DNA of 64,000 bases from an uncultured Dehalococcoidia bacterium. Its GTDB lineage: Bacteria > Chloroflexota > Dehalococcoidia > Lucifugimonadales > UBA826. A program made the position numbers and the translations under genes. Position 1 is the stretch's first letter; the number at the start of each line of letters is the position of its first letter. A model generated the notes under the pieces. That model saw nothing but the letters and a program-made list of their open reading frames with translations, had not been told where the DNA came from and searched no databases. Location: the NCBI GenBank assembly GCA_964409595.1, contig CAYPDR010000024.1, positions 63,808 to 127,807 on the forward strand, read 5' to 3'. Below are positions 38,414-47,303 of the stretch, in pieces.

Positions 38414-40700
38414 CTATCGATCCATCATTTAACATTTCTTTAAGAATTATCCTAGCCACATCTTTATCAAGTGGTTCATTGTTGCTTCCACATTTTGGAG
38501 ATTGTACACATCCTGGGCAACCTTCTGTGCAGTCGCATTCAGTTACAACTTCCAACGTAGTCTCAATCAGTTTCTCTGCCTCCTCATACCCCAATTCCGA
38601 GATTCCTACGCCACCTATATGCCCATCATGTATGAAGACCTGTGCTCTTCCGGTATCTGGATGAATTGGTGTGGAAACACCCCCGATGTCACTACGGTCA
38701 CACATTGCAAACAAAGGTAATATTCCGATAGCTGCGTGTTCTATTGCGTGGAGTCCCCCAGCTAAATCGAGATTATGGTATCGAATGTAATCTAGAGCCT
38801 TTTGAGGAACATCCAACCATAGTGAGACAGTTTTGTAATTCAACTTCGGAAGTGAAACATTTTCCTCTGCAAGAACCATTTCAGTAAATCTATGTTTTTT
38901 TCTGAACCCAAGTACTTGTGTGGAAACATTGACTTCACCTATGTGAACGACTGTATTGCCCGCTACACGACATCGATGTTCGTTAATAATTCGAGTCTCA
39001 GTAAAATCCCGTGCCTCTGTGTAATACGATAGATCTACTTCAACGCAGTAAGCTGTTAGTGACTCTATATCTAGATCAGTAACAAGAAACGATACACCTT
39101 GATGAATATACGTCCCACCTGGGTGCATCTGCAAAAACGCACCAATTTCGTCGATTGTTTCAATGATTGCGCCGCTGACCTCATCTACTAGGGTATATAT
39201 TCTCTGTCCAACGGAGCGGATGTTTATTTTCTGAGCAGGATAAGAAACCTCCGGAGAAATATGCCAATAACTCTGTTTGACTCTGAGCTGCCCTTCCTTT
39301 ACGAGTTCATCCACGTTCCATAGCATGTCTGGACCAAAAAAATTTGTGTCAGACATAGAAAGGGGAAGTTCATAAGCAGCGCACAGAAGATGAGGCTTTT
39401 GAATATATGGGTTATTAGGGGATATGCGAGCGTGTTCAAAATCTTTTCTGAAAAAGGCTTCAGGATGTTTCATTAAATACTGGTCCAAGGGATCATCAGA
39501 TGCTACCAAAACGCTCATTGAGTCACTTGCACCTCGGCCACCTCTGCCCGATTGTTGCCAAGTGCTCACGATAGATCCCGGAAATCCGGTGAGAACCGTG
39601 GCGTCAAGTTCCCCTACGTCTACACCTACTTCCATTGCATTGGTAGTTATAAGCCCTAACAAACTCCCGTCAAAAAGCGCTTTCTCAATTAACCTTCGAT
39701 CTTCGGGCAAATAGCTCCCCTTGTAAGGAGCAAGTTTTTCGACCTTAGAAGGGTCGACTCTAGATAGATTATCCCTCACATAGAGGTGAACTACTTCAGC
39801 TTGACGCCTACCTCGAACAAATGTCATGGACCTAATTTGTTTTCTTAGTAACTGAGTTGTCAGTTTTGCCGACTCCCAGTTTGTACTACGGCGACTTCCG
39901 ATGGCAGAATCGATGGTCGAAGGATTCCAAAATATAAAATCTTTGCCCGATGACGGGGATCCGTCAACCTCTATCAGCTCAAATTCCAGTCCTGTAAGGT
40001 TCTTGGCGTGCTCCCTTGGATTCGAGATAGTGGCAGAGCAGAAAATAAATTGTGGCACAGAACCGATACTAGCACAGATTCTACGTAACCTTTTCATCAA
40101 ATTGGAAAAGTTAGACCCGAAAACTCCCCTATATATGTGTGCTTCGTCAACCACTACATATTTCAAGCCTTTAAAGAATGTATGCCACGATCTATGGTTA
40201 GGAAGTATTCCAAGGTGGAGCATATCCGGGTTTGTAATGACTATTCGAGCACGCTTTCTGATTTCTGTCCTATCAGTGGCTGGCGTATCTCCGTCGAATA
40301 TATCATGACGGAGATTGCTGTGAAGTGTTGTAATCCTGTCCAAGCCTCTGCTCTGATCCTGGGAAAGAGCTTTAGTGGGAAACAAATAAAGAGCTTTCTT
40401 GGATTTGTCGGAGCAAAGATCTTCCACTATAGGGACGTTGTAACAGAGGCTCTTACCGCTGGATGTTGACGTCGACACAATTACATTATGCCCGTCCTGG
40501 ATAGCATTGATAGCTTCTGCTTGATGATAAAAAAAAGAGTGTACGCCTATATCACCTAAAGCTTCCATAGTCTCATCACTTAACAGACAATTAAGTTCCC
40601 CAACGATGGAATCCCGACCGGATATCTTCTCCCAATGTACGAGCTGGTCATCATACCAATCGGCAGCTTTAACATCATTTATAAAAGTTTCAACATCCAA
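38400..40700 (-). CDS. DEAD/DEAH-box helicase with C-terminal DUF1998 zinc module (MrfA/YprA-like)
   Basis: 766 aa. Walker A TSTSSGKS, DEAH box (VVVDEAHIY), and SAT and QxxGRxGR (QQSGRGGRG) motifs. The C-terminal four-Cys motif CDCTEGCPGCVQSPKCG is characteristic of DUF1998. Confidence 0.85.
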   Translation of the reverse strand: MDVETFINDVKAADWYDDQLVHWEKISGRDSIVGELNCLLSDETMEALGDIGVHSFFYHQAEAINAIQDGHNVIVSTSTSSGKSLCYNVPIVEDLCSDKSKKALYLFPTKALSQDQSRGLDRITTLHSNLRHDIFDGDTPATDRTEIRKRARIVITNPDMLHLGILPNHRSWHTFFKGLKYVVVDEAHIYRGVFGSNFSNLMKRLRRICASIGSVPQFIFCSATISNPREHAKNLTGLEFELIEVDGSPSSGKDFIFWNPSTIDSAIGSRRSTNWESAKLTTQLLRKQIRSMTFVRGRRQAEVVHLYVRDNLSRVDPSKVEKLAPYKGSYLPEDRRLIEKALFDGSLLGLITTNAMEVGVDVGELDATVLTGFPGSIVSTWQQSGRGGRGASDSMSVLVASDDPLDQYLMKHPEAFFRKDFEHARISPNNPYIQKPHLLCAAYELPLSMSDTNFFGPDMLWNVDELVKEGQLRVKQSYWHISPEVSYPAQKINIRSVGQRIYTLVDEVSGAIIETIDEIGAFLQMHPGGTYIHQGVSFLVTDLDIESLTAYCVEVDLSYYTEARDFTETRIINEHRCRVAGNTVVHIGEVNVSTQVLGFRKKHRFTEMVLAEENVSLPKLNYKTVSLWLDVPQKALDYIRYHNLDLAGGLHAIEHAAIGILPLFAMCDRSDIGGVSTPIHPDTGRAQVFIHDGHIGGVGISELGYEEAEKLIETTLEVVTECDCTEGCPGCVQSPKCGSNNEPLDKDVARIILKEMLNDGSIDGQT

Positions 40701-40712
40701 AAACGTGCTGTC

Positions 40713-41003
40713 CTAAAACCCCGTGAACGTCTCCCTATCTATGTCAATGATCTCTACATCCACCCTTTCTGATTCAATAAATCGAATCGCTTTCTCGATG
40801 GACTTCTCTCCATGTCTGAGACTTGAACTAACCGATGAAATCCCTATTACAGACCGTCCCCACTGCTCATTCTCCGCTACCTCAGATATAGAGACGTTAA
40901 ATTTGTTCGATGTTTTCCCCATAATAGATCTTATTATCCGCCTCTTCTCCTTTAACGAACTAGAGGGCAGGACAAGGGAGATTTTGCAGACACTTACTAT
41001 CAT
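40713..41003 (-). CDS. DUF503 (YlxP-like) small protein
   Basis: 96 aa. The pattern ...LPSSSLKEKRRIIRSI...KFNVSISEV...QW.R..IG...V is typical of DUF503. Confidence 0.65.
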   Translation of the reverse strand: MIVSVCKISLVLPSSSLKEKRRIIRSIMGKTSNKFNVSISEVAENEQWGRSVIGISSVSSSLRHGEKSIEKAIRFIESERVDVEIIDIDRETFTGF

Positions 41004-41260
41004 AAAAAGTCTCAGCTCCTATTGCAGTTACCACACCATAGGCTCGATTATATAAGAATCCGACAGAATCCTAAGAAAGGTAAAAGTACGTGGAAGTCAA
41101 GAAGTTTATAAGTTCGTAGAAGATTTCAATGCGCATCCATGAAATTGGATGCGAAATCTGCCGGATATCGGGTATCTTTAATGAAGGCAGGAAATAGCTA
41201 AGTACTTAATAATAATGACAATACAACAAAATTCAAAAAAGGACTGATTGGTGACAAGCT

Positions 41261-41584
41261 TTGCCTGAGAAACTTGGAATAGAACAAGTGGGTTTATACG
41301 GTGCAAATATTCTTTTACGATGGAATGATGGGCATGAAAGCACATACAACTCTCGAGGCATAAGAATTAGCTGCCAATGTGCCGAATGCGTCGAAGAATG
41401 GAGCAAACGCCAACTGCTGGATCCAGCCACAATACCCGCAGACCTACGGGCGGAAGATTACCTTATGATCGGGAACTATGCCATACAATTTTTGTGGAGC
41501 GACGCTCACTACACGGGCATATTTCCTTTTGATGTTTTACGCGCAATGTGCCCGTGCGGAGCCTGTACTCCGGCTCACCAATAA
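41261..41584 (+). CDS. DUF971 (gamma-butyrobetaine hydroxylase N-terminal-like) zinc-binding protein
   Basis: 107 aa with LRWNDGHES...LR..CQCAEC...Y.....W.D.H.TGI(F/Y) and a C-terminal CPCGAC. TTG start. Confidence 0.65.
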   Translation: MPEKLGIEQVGLYGANILLRWNDGHESTYNSRGIRISCQCAECVEEWSKRQLLDPATIPADLRAEDYLMIGNYAIQFLWSDAHYTGIFPFDVLRAMCPCGACTPAHQ

Positions 41585-41687
41585 CAAGATCAAAACTTCT
41601 GAGACCTTATATTTTGACACCGCTTGGCAACGGCTTAAAAGACAGACCTCACACACAGGTAAGCCAAGGTAATGGCCAAGCAATTTC

Positions 41688-42098
41688 CTACGCCGGCTCA
41701 AATTTTGGAAGAGCCAGCTCATCGTTGATGTCCTCGAAGACTACCTGAAGATTCATCCCAATCTCTAAATTATCAAAGGACGGATTCTCGATCAAAATAT
41801 TGGTCGCCATCTTCGGGCCTTCTTCCAATTCCACAATAGCAGTAACAAATGGCACATCGTCCACAAATCCAGGATGAGGTGCCCTCTGCACAATACCGTA
41901 AGTGAATAAAGTAGCCTTTCCGCTCGCTTGAATCCAATCTGTATCTTTTGAAAAACAACAAGGAGAAATATCTCTAGGATAAAAATATGGCGTGTTGCAA
42001 TCGTTACACTTACGAAGCCAAAGTTCACCTTTTTTTGCTTTTTCCCAGTAGAAGTCTGATTCGCCCTGAGGTACAGGTACGGGTTTGTTGTACGCCAT
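41688..42098 (-). CDS. Zn-ribbon/OB-fold protein (DUF35), thiolase partner
   Basis: Zn ribbon (CNDCNTPYFYPRDISPCC) followed by an OB fold. I chose the ATG at 42098, which has GGAG 8 nt upstream. Lies directly downstream of the thiolase-like gene. Confidence 0.8.
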   Translation of the reverse strand: MAYNKPVPVPQGESDFYWEKAKKGELWLRKCNDCNTPYFYPRDISPCCFSKDTDWIQASGKATLFTYGIVQRAPHPGFVDDVPFVTAIVELEEGPKMATNILIENPSFDNLEIGMNLQVVFEDINDELALPKFEPA

Positions 42099-42116
42099 CT
42101 TTGATTCTCCTTTCAA

Positions 42117-43259
42117 TTAATCGACTGCAAGCACTGTGGTCCCAGTTGAGGAAAGAGATCCACCAGTGCCGTTTATAAGACATAACTTGGGATTATCAAG
42201 CTGACGTTCTCCGCACTCCCCACGTAACTGCCTGACTGCCTCAAGTACCAAAAACATTCCGTACATTCCGGAGTGGGTGTAGGAAAGGCCACCACCTGAC
42301 GTGTTCATTGCAAAATCTCCACCTGGGGCTGTACGTTGGTTAGCCACGAAGTCAGGACCCTCTCCTGGACCACAAAATCCCAAACTTTCCAGCGTTGCGA
42401 TAACTGTGTACGTGAACGAATCATAGATCATAGCGAGATCGATGTCGTCATGGCTGACTCCAGATCTCTCTAACGCAGCCGGCCCTGTGTTCCTCGCTAC
42501 GGTACGAGTCAAGTTGGGCATCTGGCTAATCATATTGTGATCATGGGATTCAGCAGCTCCAAGTACCCAAACAGGTTTTTTCTTTGCGTCCTTAGCTCGC
42601 TCAGCTGAAGTTATTACATAAGCACCACCGGCGTCCGTTACCAAACAGCAATCCAAAAGATGGAACGGTTCAGATATCCACCGAGAACTGTGATAGTCAT
42701 CAAAACTCATATCATCTTTCATGTAGGCTTTGGGATTAAGTTGGGCCCATTTCCTAGTAGCAACAGCTACTTCCGCCATGCCCTGACGAGCGTATTCCTC
42801 TCCATACTCATGCATGTATCTTCGGGCAGCCATCGCGTAATTAATAGGAGCACCCAAAAAGCCATAGGGCGTTTCAAACTGCGAACCAGGATCGGATGCG
42901 TTTCCTCCCGCTCTGCTTCTAGCACTCCTTCCTGCTTCACCATGAGTGACAAGCGCCACATCACAATAGCCAGCGTTAACAGCAGCCATGGCGTGAGCGA
43001 TGTGAATTATAAAAGACGATCCCCCCACCGCCGTCGTATCAGTAAAACTTGGTTCAATACCGAGATACTCTGCAAGATTCAAGGTAGAAGTTCCGGCTGT
43101 GAAAAGCCCGTTTACATCCTTCATAGACATTCCTGCATCTTCCAATGCATTATAGGCCGCTTCGGCATGATGTTGTAGATTAGATTTATCTGGTACTTTG
43201 CCAATTTCATCGGATTCATCTACCCCGACGATGGCGACCGTTTTCCGAAGGTCGGTCAT
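42117..43259 (-). CDS. Thiolase-like protein (SCP-x/nonspecific lipid-transfer type)
   Basis: Thiolase fold lacking the classical N-terminal active-site Cys context, and paired with DUF35. The ATG at 43259 (MTDLRKTVAIVGV) is preceded by AGGAGG. The ORF-track start at 43322 is probably too far upstream. Confidence 0.82.
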   Translation of the reverse strand: MTDLRKTVAIVGVDESDEIGKVPDKSNLQHHAEAAYNALEDAGMSMKDVNGLFTAGTSTLNLAEYLGIEPSFTDTTAVGGSSFIIHIAHAMAAVNAGYCDVALVTHGEAGRSARSRAGGNASDPGSQFETPYGFLGAPINYAMAARRYMHEYGEEYARQGMAEVAVATRKWAQLNPKAYMKDDMSFDDYHSSRWISEPFHLLDCCLVTDAGGAYVITSAERAKDAKKKPVWVLGAAESHDHNMISQMPNLTRTVARNTGPAALERSGVSHDDIDLAMIYDSFTYTVIATLESLGFCGPGEGPDFVANQRTAPGGDFAMNTSGGGLSYTHSGMYGMFLVLEAVRQLRGECGERQLDNPKLCLINGTGGSLSSTGTTVLAVD

Positions 43260-43374
43260 AATTATCCTCCTATTAACACTTATACTTTCAGATATGTAGG
43301 GTGAGACGCAAAATATCGTCACCTAGCATACATCCACTTTGCCGTGGTCACAACATTAAGCCTTTTGAGGGAAA

Positions 43375-44544
43375 TCACCAGTTCGTAAAGGCCCCGTCAT
43401 TCCTTCTAAGTTGAGGAGTCCATCCTGTCGGGTCTACGATACGGGAGGACGCAGCTTCCTCATCGAAGTCAACACCCATACCAGGTTCATCTGGACACCA
43501 GGCGTAACCATCAGCCCACTCTATTTGCTTCGGAAATATGTCCGTTGCGTATGTGCCAGGTCTCTTAGGCATTTCTTGAACCCCTACGTTGGTAGAGGCC
43601 ATACAGAGAGCTACACACACAGCAGCACTTACCGGCCCAAGCGGGTTATGAGGCACTATGTCAATATAGTGTGTTTCAGCCCAATGCGTAATTTTCAGAG
43701 CTTCCGTCAATCCGCCGACGATACAAAGATCAATTCGAGCGTAGCTAATGAGTTCTTCTTCGAGAACTTCTCTGAAAGACCATTTGTTAGCCCATTGTTC
43801 TCCCGCTGCAATCGGAACCGGCACGTGTCGTGCCAACGTACGATAACTAGCAGAATTTTCTGACCTGATAGGATCTTCTATAAAATATGGCCTGAATTGT
43901 TCTACCGCCCTACAAAAGGTGATTGCATGGGCCGTATCCAATCTGGTGTGTACATCAAAGCAGATTTGTACCTCCGGGCCCACGCTTTCTCTAATAGCTC
44001 TCATTTGTTCTTGCGCGACCAGTACTGATTCCACTGGTTCTAGCTTATTGAAGTTATCAATATACTGCTGGGATGGTCCCGTCTCTGGCTGGTACCACCT
44101 CACAAATTTCCAACCTTCGTCTATATGCCTCTTGCAGCTCTCCAATAGTTCAGAAATATTGTTTCCATAAGTGTGCGGATAGCACACAACTTTTTCTCTT
44201 ACTGGACCACCCAATAATTTGTACAAAGGCATCTCAAGGGCCTTCGCCTTAATGTCCCACAGCGCGATATCAATCGCGCTAATAGCACAGGAATAAACTT
44301 TGTCCGCGGGGAAAAAATTTCCTCTAAACATATGCTGCCATAATCTCTCGGTGCCGAAGGGATCTTGGCCGATCACAATTTGGGAGAGGTGTTCGATTGC
44401 TTTTGAAATCGCCGCTCCCCAGCGCGCAATACCAACTTCCCCAAGCCCATAGATTCCTGAATCTGTTTCCACCTTTACGACATAGTACAAGGCATCAGCA
44501 GCGTCAACTATAGGAAAACTCTTTATCTTTGTTATTTTCATCAA
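43375..44544 (-). CDS. Enolase-superfamily dehydratase (mandelate racemase family, second paralogue)
   Basis: 389 aa with MKITKIKSFP...GLGE, DIALWDIKAK and barrel acidic ligands. Paralogous to the gene at 31897-33036. Confidence 0.8.
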   Translation of the reverse strand: MMKITKIKSFPIVDAADALYYVVKVETDSGIYGLGEVGIARWGAAISKAIEHLSQIVIGQDPFGTERLWQHMFRGNFFPADKVYSCAISAIDIALWDIKAKALEMPLYKLLGGPVREKVVCYPHTYGNNISELLESCKRHIDEGWKFVRWYQPETGPSQQYIDNFNKLEPVESVLVAQEQMRAIRESVGPEVQICFDVHTRLDTAHAITFCRAVEQFRPYFIEDPIRSENSASYRTLARHVPVPIAAGEQWANKWSFREVLEEELISYARIDLCIVGGLTEALKITHWAETHYIDIVPHNPLGPVSAAVCVALCMASTNVGVQEMPKRPGTYATDIFPKQIEWADGYAWCPDEPGMGVDFDEEAASSRIVDPTGWTPQLRRNDGAFTNW

Positions 44545-44717
44545 AATCTCCTGCCCGATTCATCACAAAATCTACAAGAAGCGCCACCTTAAACTAGGCC
44601 AGTTAAATGGTCAAATCATGCCAAGAGCTGATTTAGCTATCTCCGTTCGCAACATAAAATGGATCTCTTTAGCATCTCCAACCTAGTAAAATTCGTCAGT
44701 TTTGTTACCATCCAGTA

Positions 44718-45089
44718 ATGGCTTCGATTTCTCGCGACCAATTTGAGAGTTTAGTGAGACGGGTACTCTCCCAATTACCCGACGAATTCAAAGCACGCCT
44801 TGATAATGTCGATATCGTAGTCGATGACATCGCTTCCAAAGATCAGCTAATCGGAACCGGAATTCAGAGGGAAATAGACTTACTTGGACTCTACGAAGGA
44901 ATCCCGTTAACCGAGCGCTACGGCTACGACATGATCCTTCCAGACAAAATTACTATTTTTCAAAATCCTGTTGAGTCGGCATGTGAGTCACAAGAACAAA
45001 TAGCAGAGGAAATAAAGATCACTATACTGCACGAAATTGCCCATCATTTCGGAATAGACGATAGCACCCTAGGTGAGATCGGCATTTAG
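44718..45089 (+). CDS. Small zinc metallopeptidase-like protein (DUF1025/zincin fold)
   Basis: 123 aa with an HExxH motif (ILHEIAHHFG) near the C-terminus, as in the DUF1025 family. Confidence 0.68.
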   Translation: MASISRDQFESLVRRVLSQLPDEFKARLDNVDIVVDDIASKDQLIGTGIQREIDLLGLYEGIPLTERYGYDMILPDKITIFQNPVESACESQEQIAEEIKITILHEIAHHFGIDDSTLGEIGI

Positions 45090-46721
45090 TCAGGAAGGAC
45101 CGAAGAGATCCTCCATGTTTTTCTTCAAGTCCCCGATTCCCTGCGATAAATTACCCAAAGCTGCGTAGGATTTGGAACTACCGTAATCTCTCGTACGAAC
45201 TACTACTGGCATGGGAATCGCATGCCCAAAAATCAATGCCTGTTGACGCGTTTCCAATCTAGAGAGAACTCCGCGAAGTTTCCTACTCCCTGAAACTCCG
45301 GACAGTACTGAATCCACATCACGACCACTGTCGAGAAGACAAGCGATCTTCGTCCCTATCTGGCTCATAATCTCGTCGTCTATATCGCTGGGCCTCTGGT
45401 CCACAATTAAAAGAGTAACATTGTATTTTCTCATCTCTCTAGCTATGGTGCCGAATATAGTCTGGTCTGCCATAGAAGTACTTAGAAACCTATGAGCTTC
45501 CTCTATGGTGATAACCAAGTTAGGTGGTTCTTTAATTTTGTCGCCTAATGAGGCCTCTTTTTGGCGTTGGTATTCATCATATATTCTGCGGGTCAGTATG
45601 TTGGCAACAAGCATGTAGGCTGTTGGATTATTACCATGCTTACCAAATTCCAAAACTACATGTTGGCCAGCATTCAGCCGATCTATTATCATGCCAGCAG
45701 AATCCTCCACTTTTTCTTTGGACACAAATTCAAATCGCATAAGGCGGTCAAGGCGACGACGCAATGTGGCCAAAGCCGACCCGTTTACGTTCATGGTTCC
45801 GGCGAGGGCATTCATAGAGTCTGCAGAAATATTCACGAATTCGCTAAACCAGTTATTTTGGCCAAATTGGGCGGCCAGGGAGTATGCAATATCAGACGTG
45901 ACCGAACTCATATCCAAAGTTTCTCTTAAAAGTTGGATATCTTCTGGGGCAATATCTGAGTGTCCGAATTCCACTACATGATCAGGGGAAAATCCCCTCC
46001 TTGAGGCGCTCTCCTTGTCCATCGAAAAAACGGAAACCTTAGAGCCAAACAATTGTTTCAGACCTTTCACTGAATGATTTGATTCGCTAGTACCTTCCCA
46101 ACCGTATTCATTGTGCATATCGAATATTAGGTTGCTGGCTTTACCACTCTGAAGTATGCCAATGAGCAGTAATCTTGTTAAAAATGTCTTACCCGTGCCA
46201 CTTTTTCCAAATACCCCGTTGCTCCTTTTAACAAGTTCGTCGATGTTTAAACATAATTTGGCTTCCATATCAAGAGGACTCCCAATCCAAAATCCTCCTT
46301 CAGATTCTGACCCGAAAACATTGTGAATATCATCCTCCGTGGCCGGAGAGACGATGGAAAAATGAGATGGTACAGTTTTCGCAGGCAGTGGCTTTTGTTT
46401 GCCAGTATTTTGGTCGATGCCTATAGTCAACATCGGCTCAACCGTTATCGAGCCATAGGCCGAGGTCCCCAGTAATGTTTCACGTAGAAAGGAATCAGAC
46501 ACATCCGGAAGGTTAAATTGCATAGAAGGGTCGGAGGATCCTAAGCCGATGTCCGTTACCACTCCAAAAAATCGGTTGTTACGTCCCTGTATGACAACAT
46601 TCGAGCCGACTTTAACATCTTCAACTGAAGATCTAGGATCCAACCTAACTTTGACACCCTCAGACAACGAGCCAGCAACTACAACCCCATAGCTTCCTCC
46701 TGAACCACCCAAACCTATCAT
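45090..46721 (-). CDS. HerA/FtsK-superfamily hexameric ATPase (DUF87 type)
   Basis: 543 aa. N-terminal HAS-barrel-like segment (YGVVVAGSLSEGVKVRLD...VVIQGRNNRFFGVVTDIG). Walker A GKSGTGKT, Walker B VITIEEAHRF and LLIVDQRPS. The start overlaps the upstream stop (ATGA). Confidence 0.8.
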   Translation of the reverse strand: MIGLGGSGGSYGVVVAGSLSEGVKVRLDPRSSVEDVKVGSNVVIQGRNNRFFGVVTDIGLGSSDPSMQFNLPDVSDSFLRETLLGTSAYGSITVEPMLTIGIDQNTGKQKPLPAKTVPSHFSIVSPATEDDIHNVFGSESEGGFWIGSPLDMEAKLCLNIDELVKRSNGVFGKSGTGKTFLTRLLLIGILQSGKASNLIFDMHNEYGWEGTSESNHSVKGLKQLFGSKVSVFSMDKESASRRGFSPDHVVEFGHSDIAPEDIQLLRETLDMSSVTSDIAYSLAAQFGQNNWFSEFVNISADSMNALAGTMNVNGSALATLRRRLDRLMRFEFVSKEKVEDSAGMIIDRLNAGQHVVLEFGKHGNNPTAYMLVANILTRRIYDEYQRQKEASLGDKIKEPPNLVITIEEAHRFLSTSMADQTIFGTIAREMRKYNVTLLIVDQRPSDIDDEIMSQIGTKIACLLDSGRDVDSVLSGVSGSRKLRGVLSRLETRQQALIFGHAIPMPVVVRTRDYGSSKSYAALGNLSQGIGDLKKNMEDLFGPS

Positions 46722-47293
46722 CGAATTCTCCTTAGTATGCCTTCCAACCTACGCGTATCGTTTCCTAGCAAGTTGGCTATCTGCCTGGCCGCTTGCAACT
46801 TGAGCTCCACCAGATCAGGAAGAGCCGCACAAGCAAACCTGACAAACGCAGCGACAACATCATCACATTGCGGATAATTCAGCCGCAGTATCGAATTCAT
46901 AAACCCCATAGAATCAACAAAGGAACGAACCTCTTCTTGGTCACAACTATTAACAAAAGAATGAAGTTTCGGGGGTGTAGGTGGCAGATATGTCATAACC
47001 TCAGAAGAATCCTCATATCCAACTGTGATACAGCTGAACTCTGTGCTAAGCAACCGGGACAGCTGAGGGTTTCTCTCGTAGACCTGGCGTTCTGTCTCCA
47101 AGTTCTGACCTCGCGCGACCGATCGTCTGCTCGGATCCAACCCTGACGTAGAAGAATAAATAACTATGCCGTACACAGTTTCGATCTCTCCTGCCTTTAC
47201 CAACGTCCCTAACGCAGGTGAGTCATAGAGCTCATAACATTGAGTTACAAATTCATTTGTATTGCTCTCTACAACTTCCCCTAGGCGCTGCAT
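46718..47293 (-). CDS. Hypothetical protein, possible stand-alone HAS-barrel-like partner of HerA
   Basis: 191 aa. The N-terminal LGEVVESNTNEFVTQCYEL...GTLVKAG..ETVYGIVIY resembles the barrel at the HerA N-terminus, though this rests on pattern only. It is translationally coupled on both sides. Confidence 0.5.
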   Translation of the reverse strand: MQRLGEVVESNTNEFVTQCYELYDSPALGTLVKAGEIETVYGIVIYSSTSGLDPSRRSVARGQNLETERQVYERNPQLSRLLSTEFSCITVGYEDSSEVMTYLPPTPPKLHSFVNSCDQEEVRSFVDSMGFMNSILRLNYPQCDDVVAAFVRFACAALPDLVELKLQAARQIANLLGNDTRRLEGILRRIR

Positions 47294-47303
47294 ATCTTCC
47301 CCG

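Noticed and set aside
38400-40700. The helicase plus DUF1998 as part of a DISARM-type defence system.
   Set aside because: In DISARM, DUF1998 is a separate protein (DrmB) accompanied by a methyltransferase and a PLD nuclease. None of these is present, and the fused architecture matches the MrfA/YprA repair helicase class instead.
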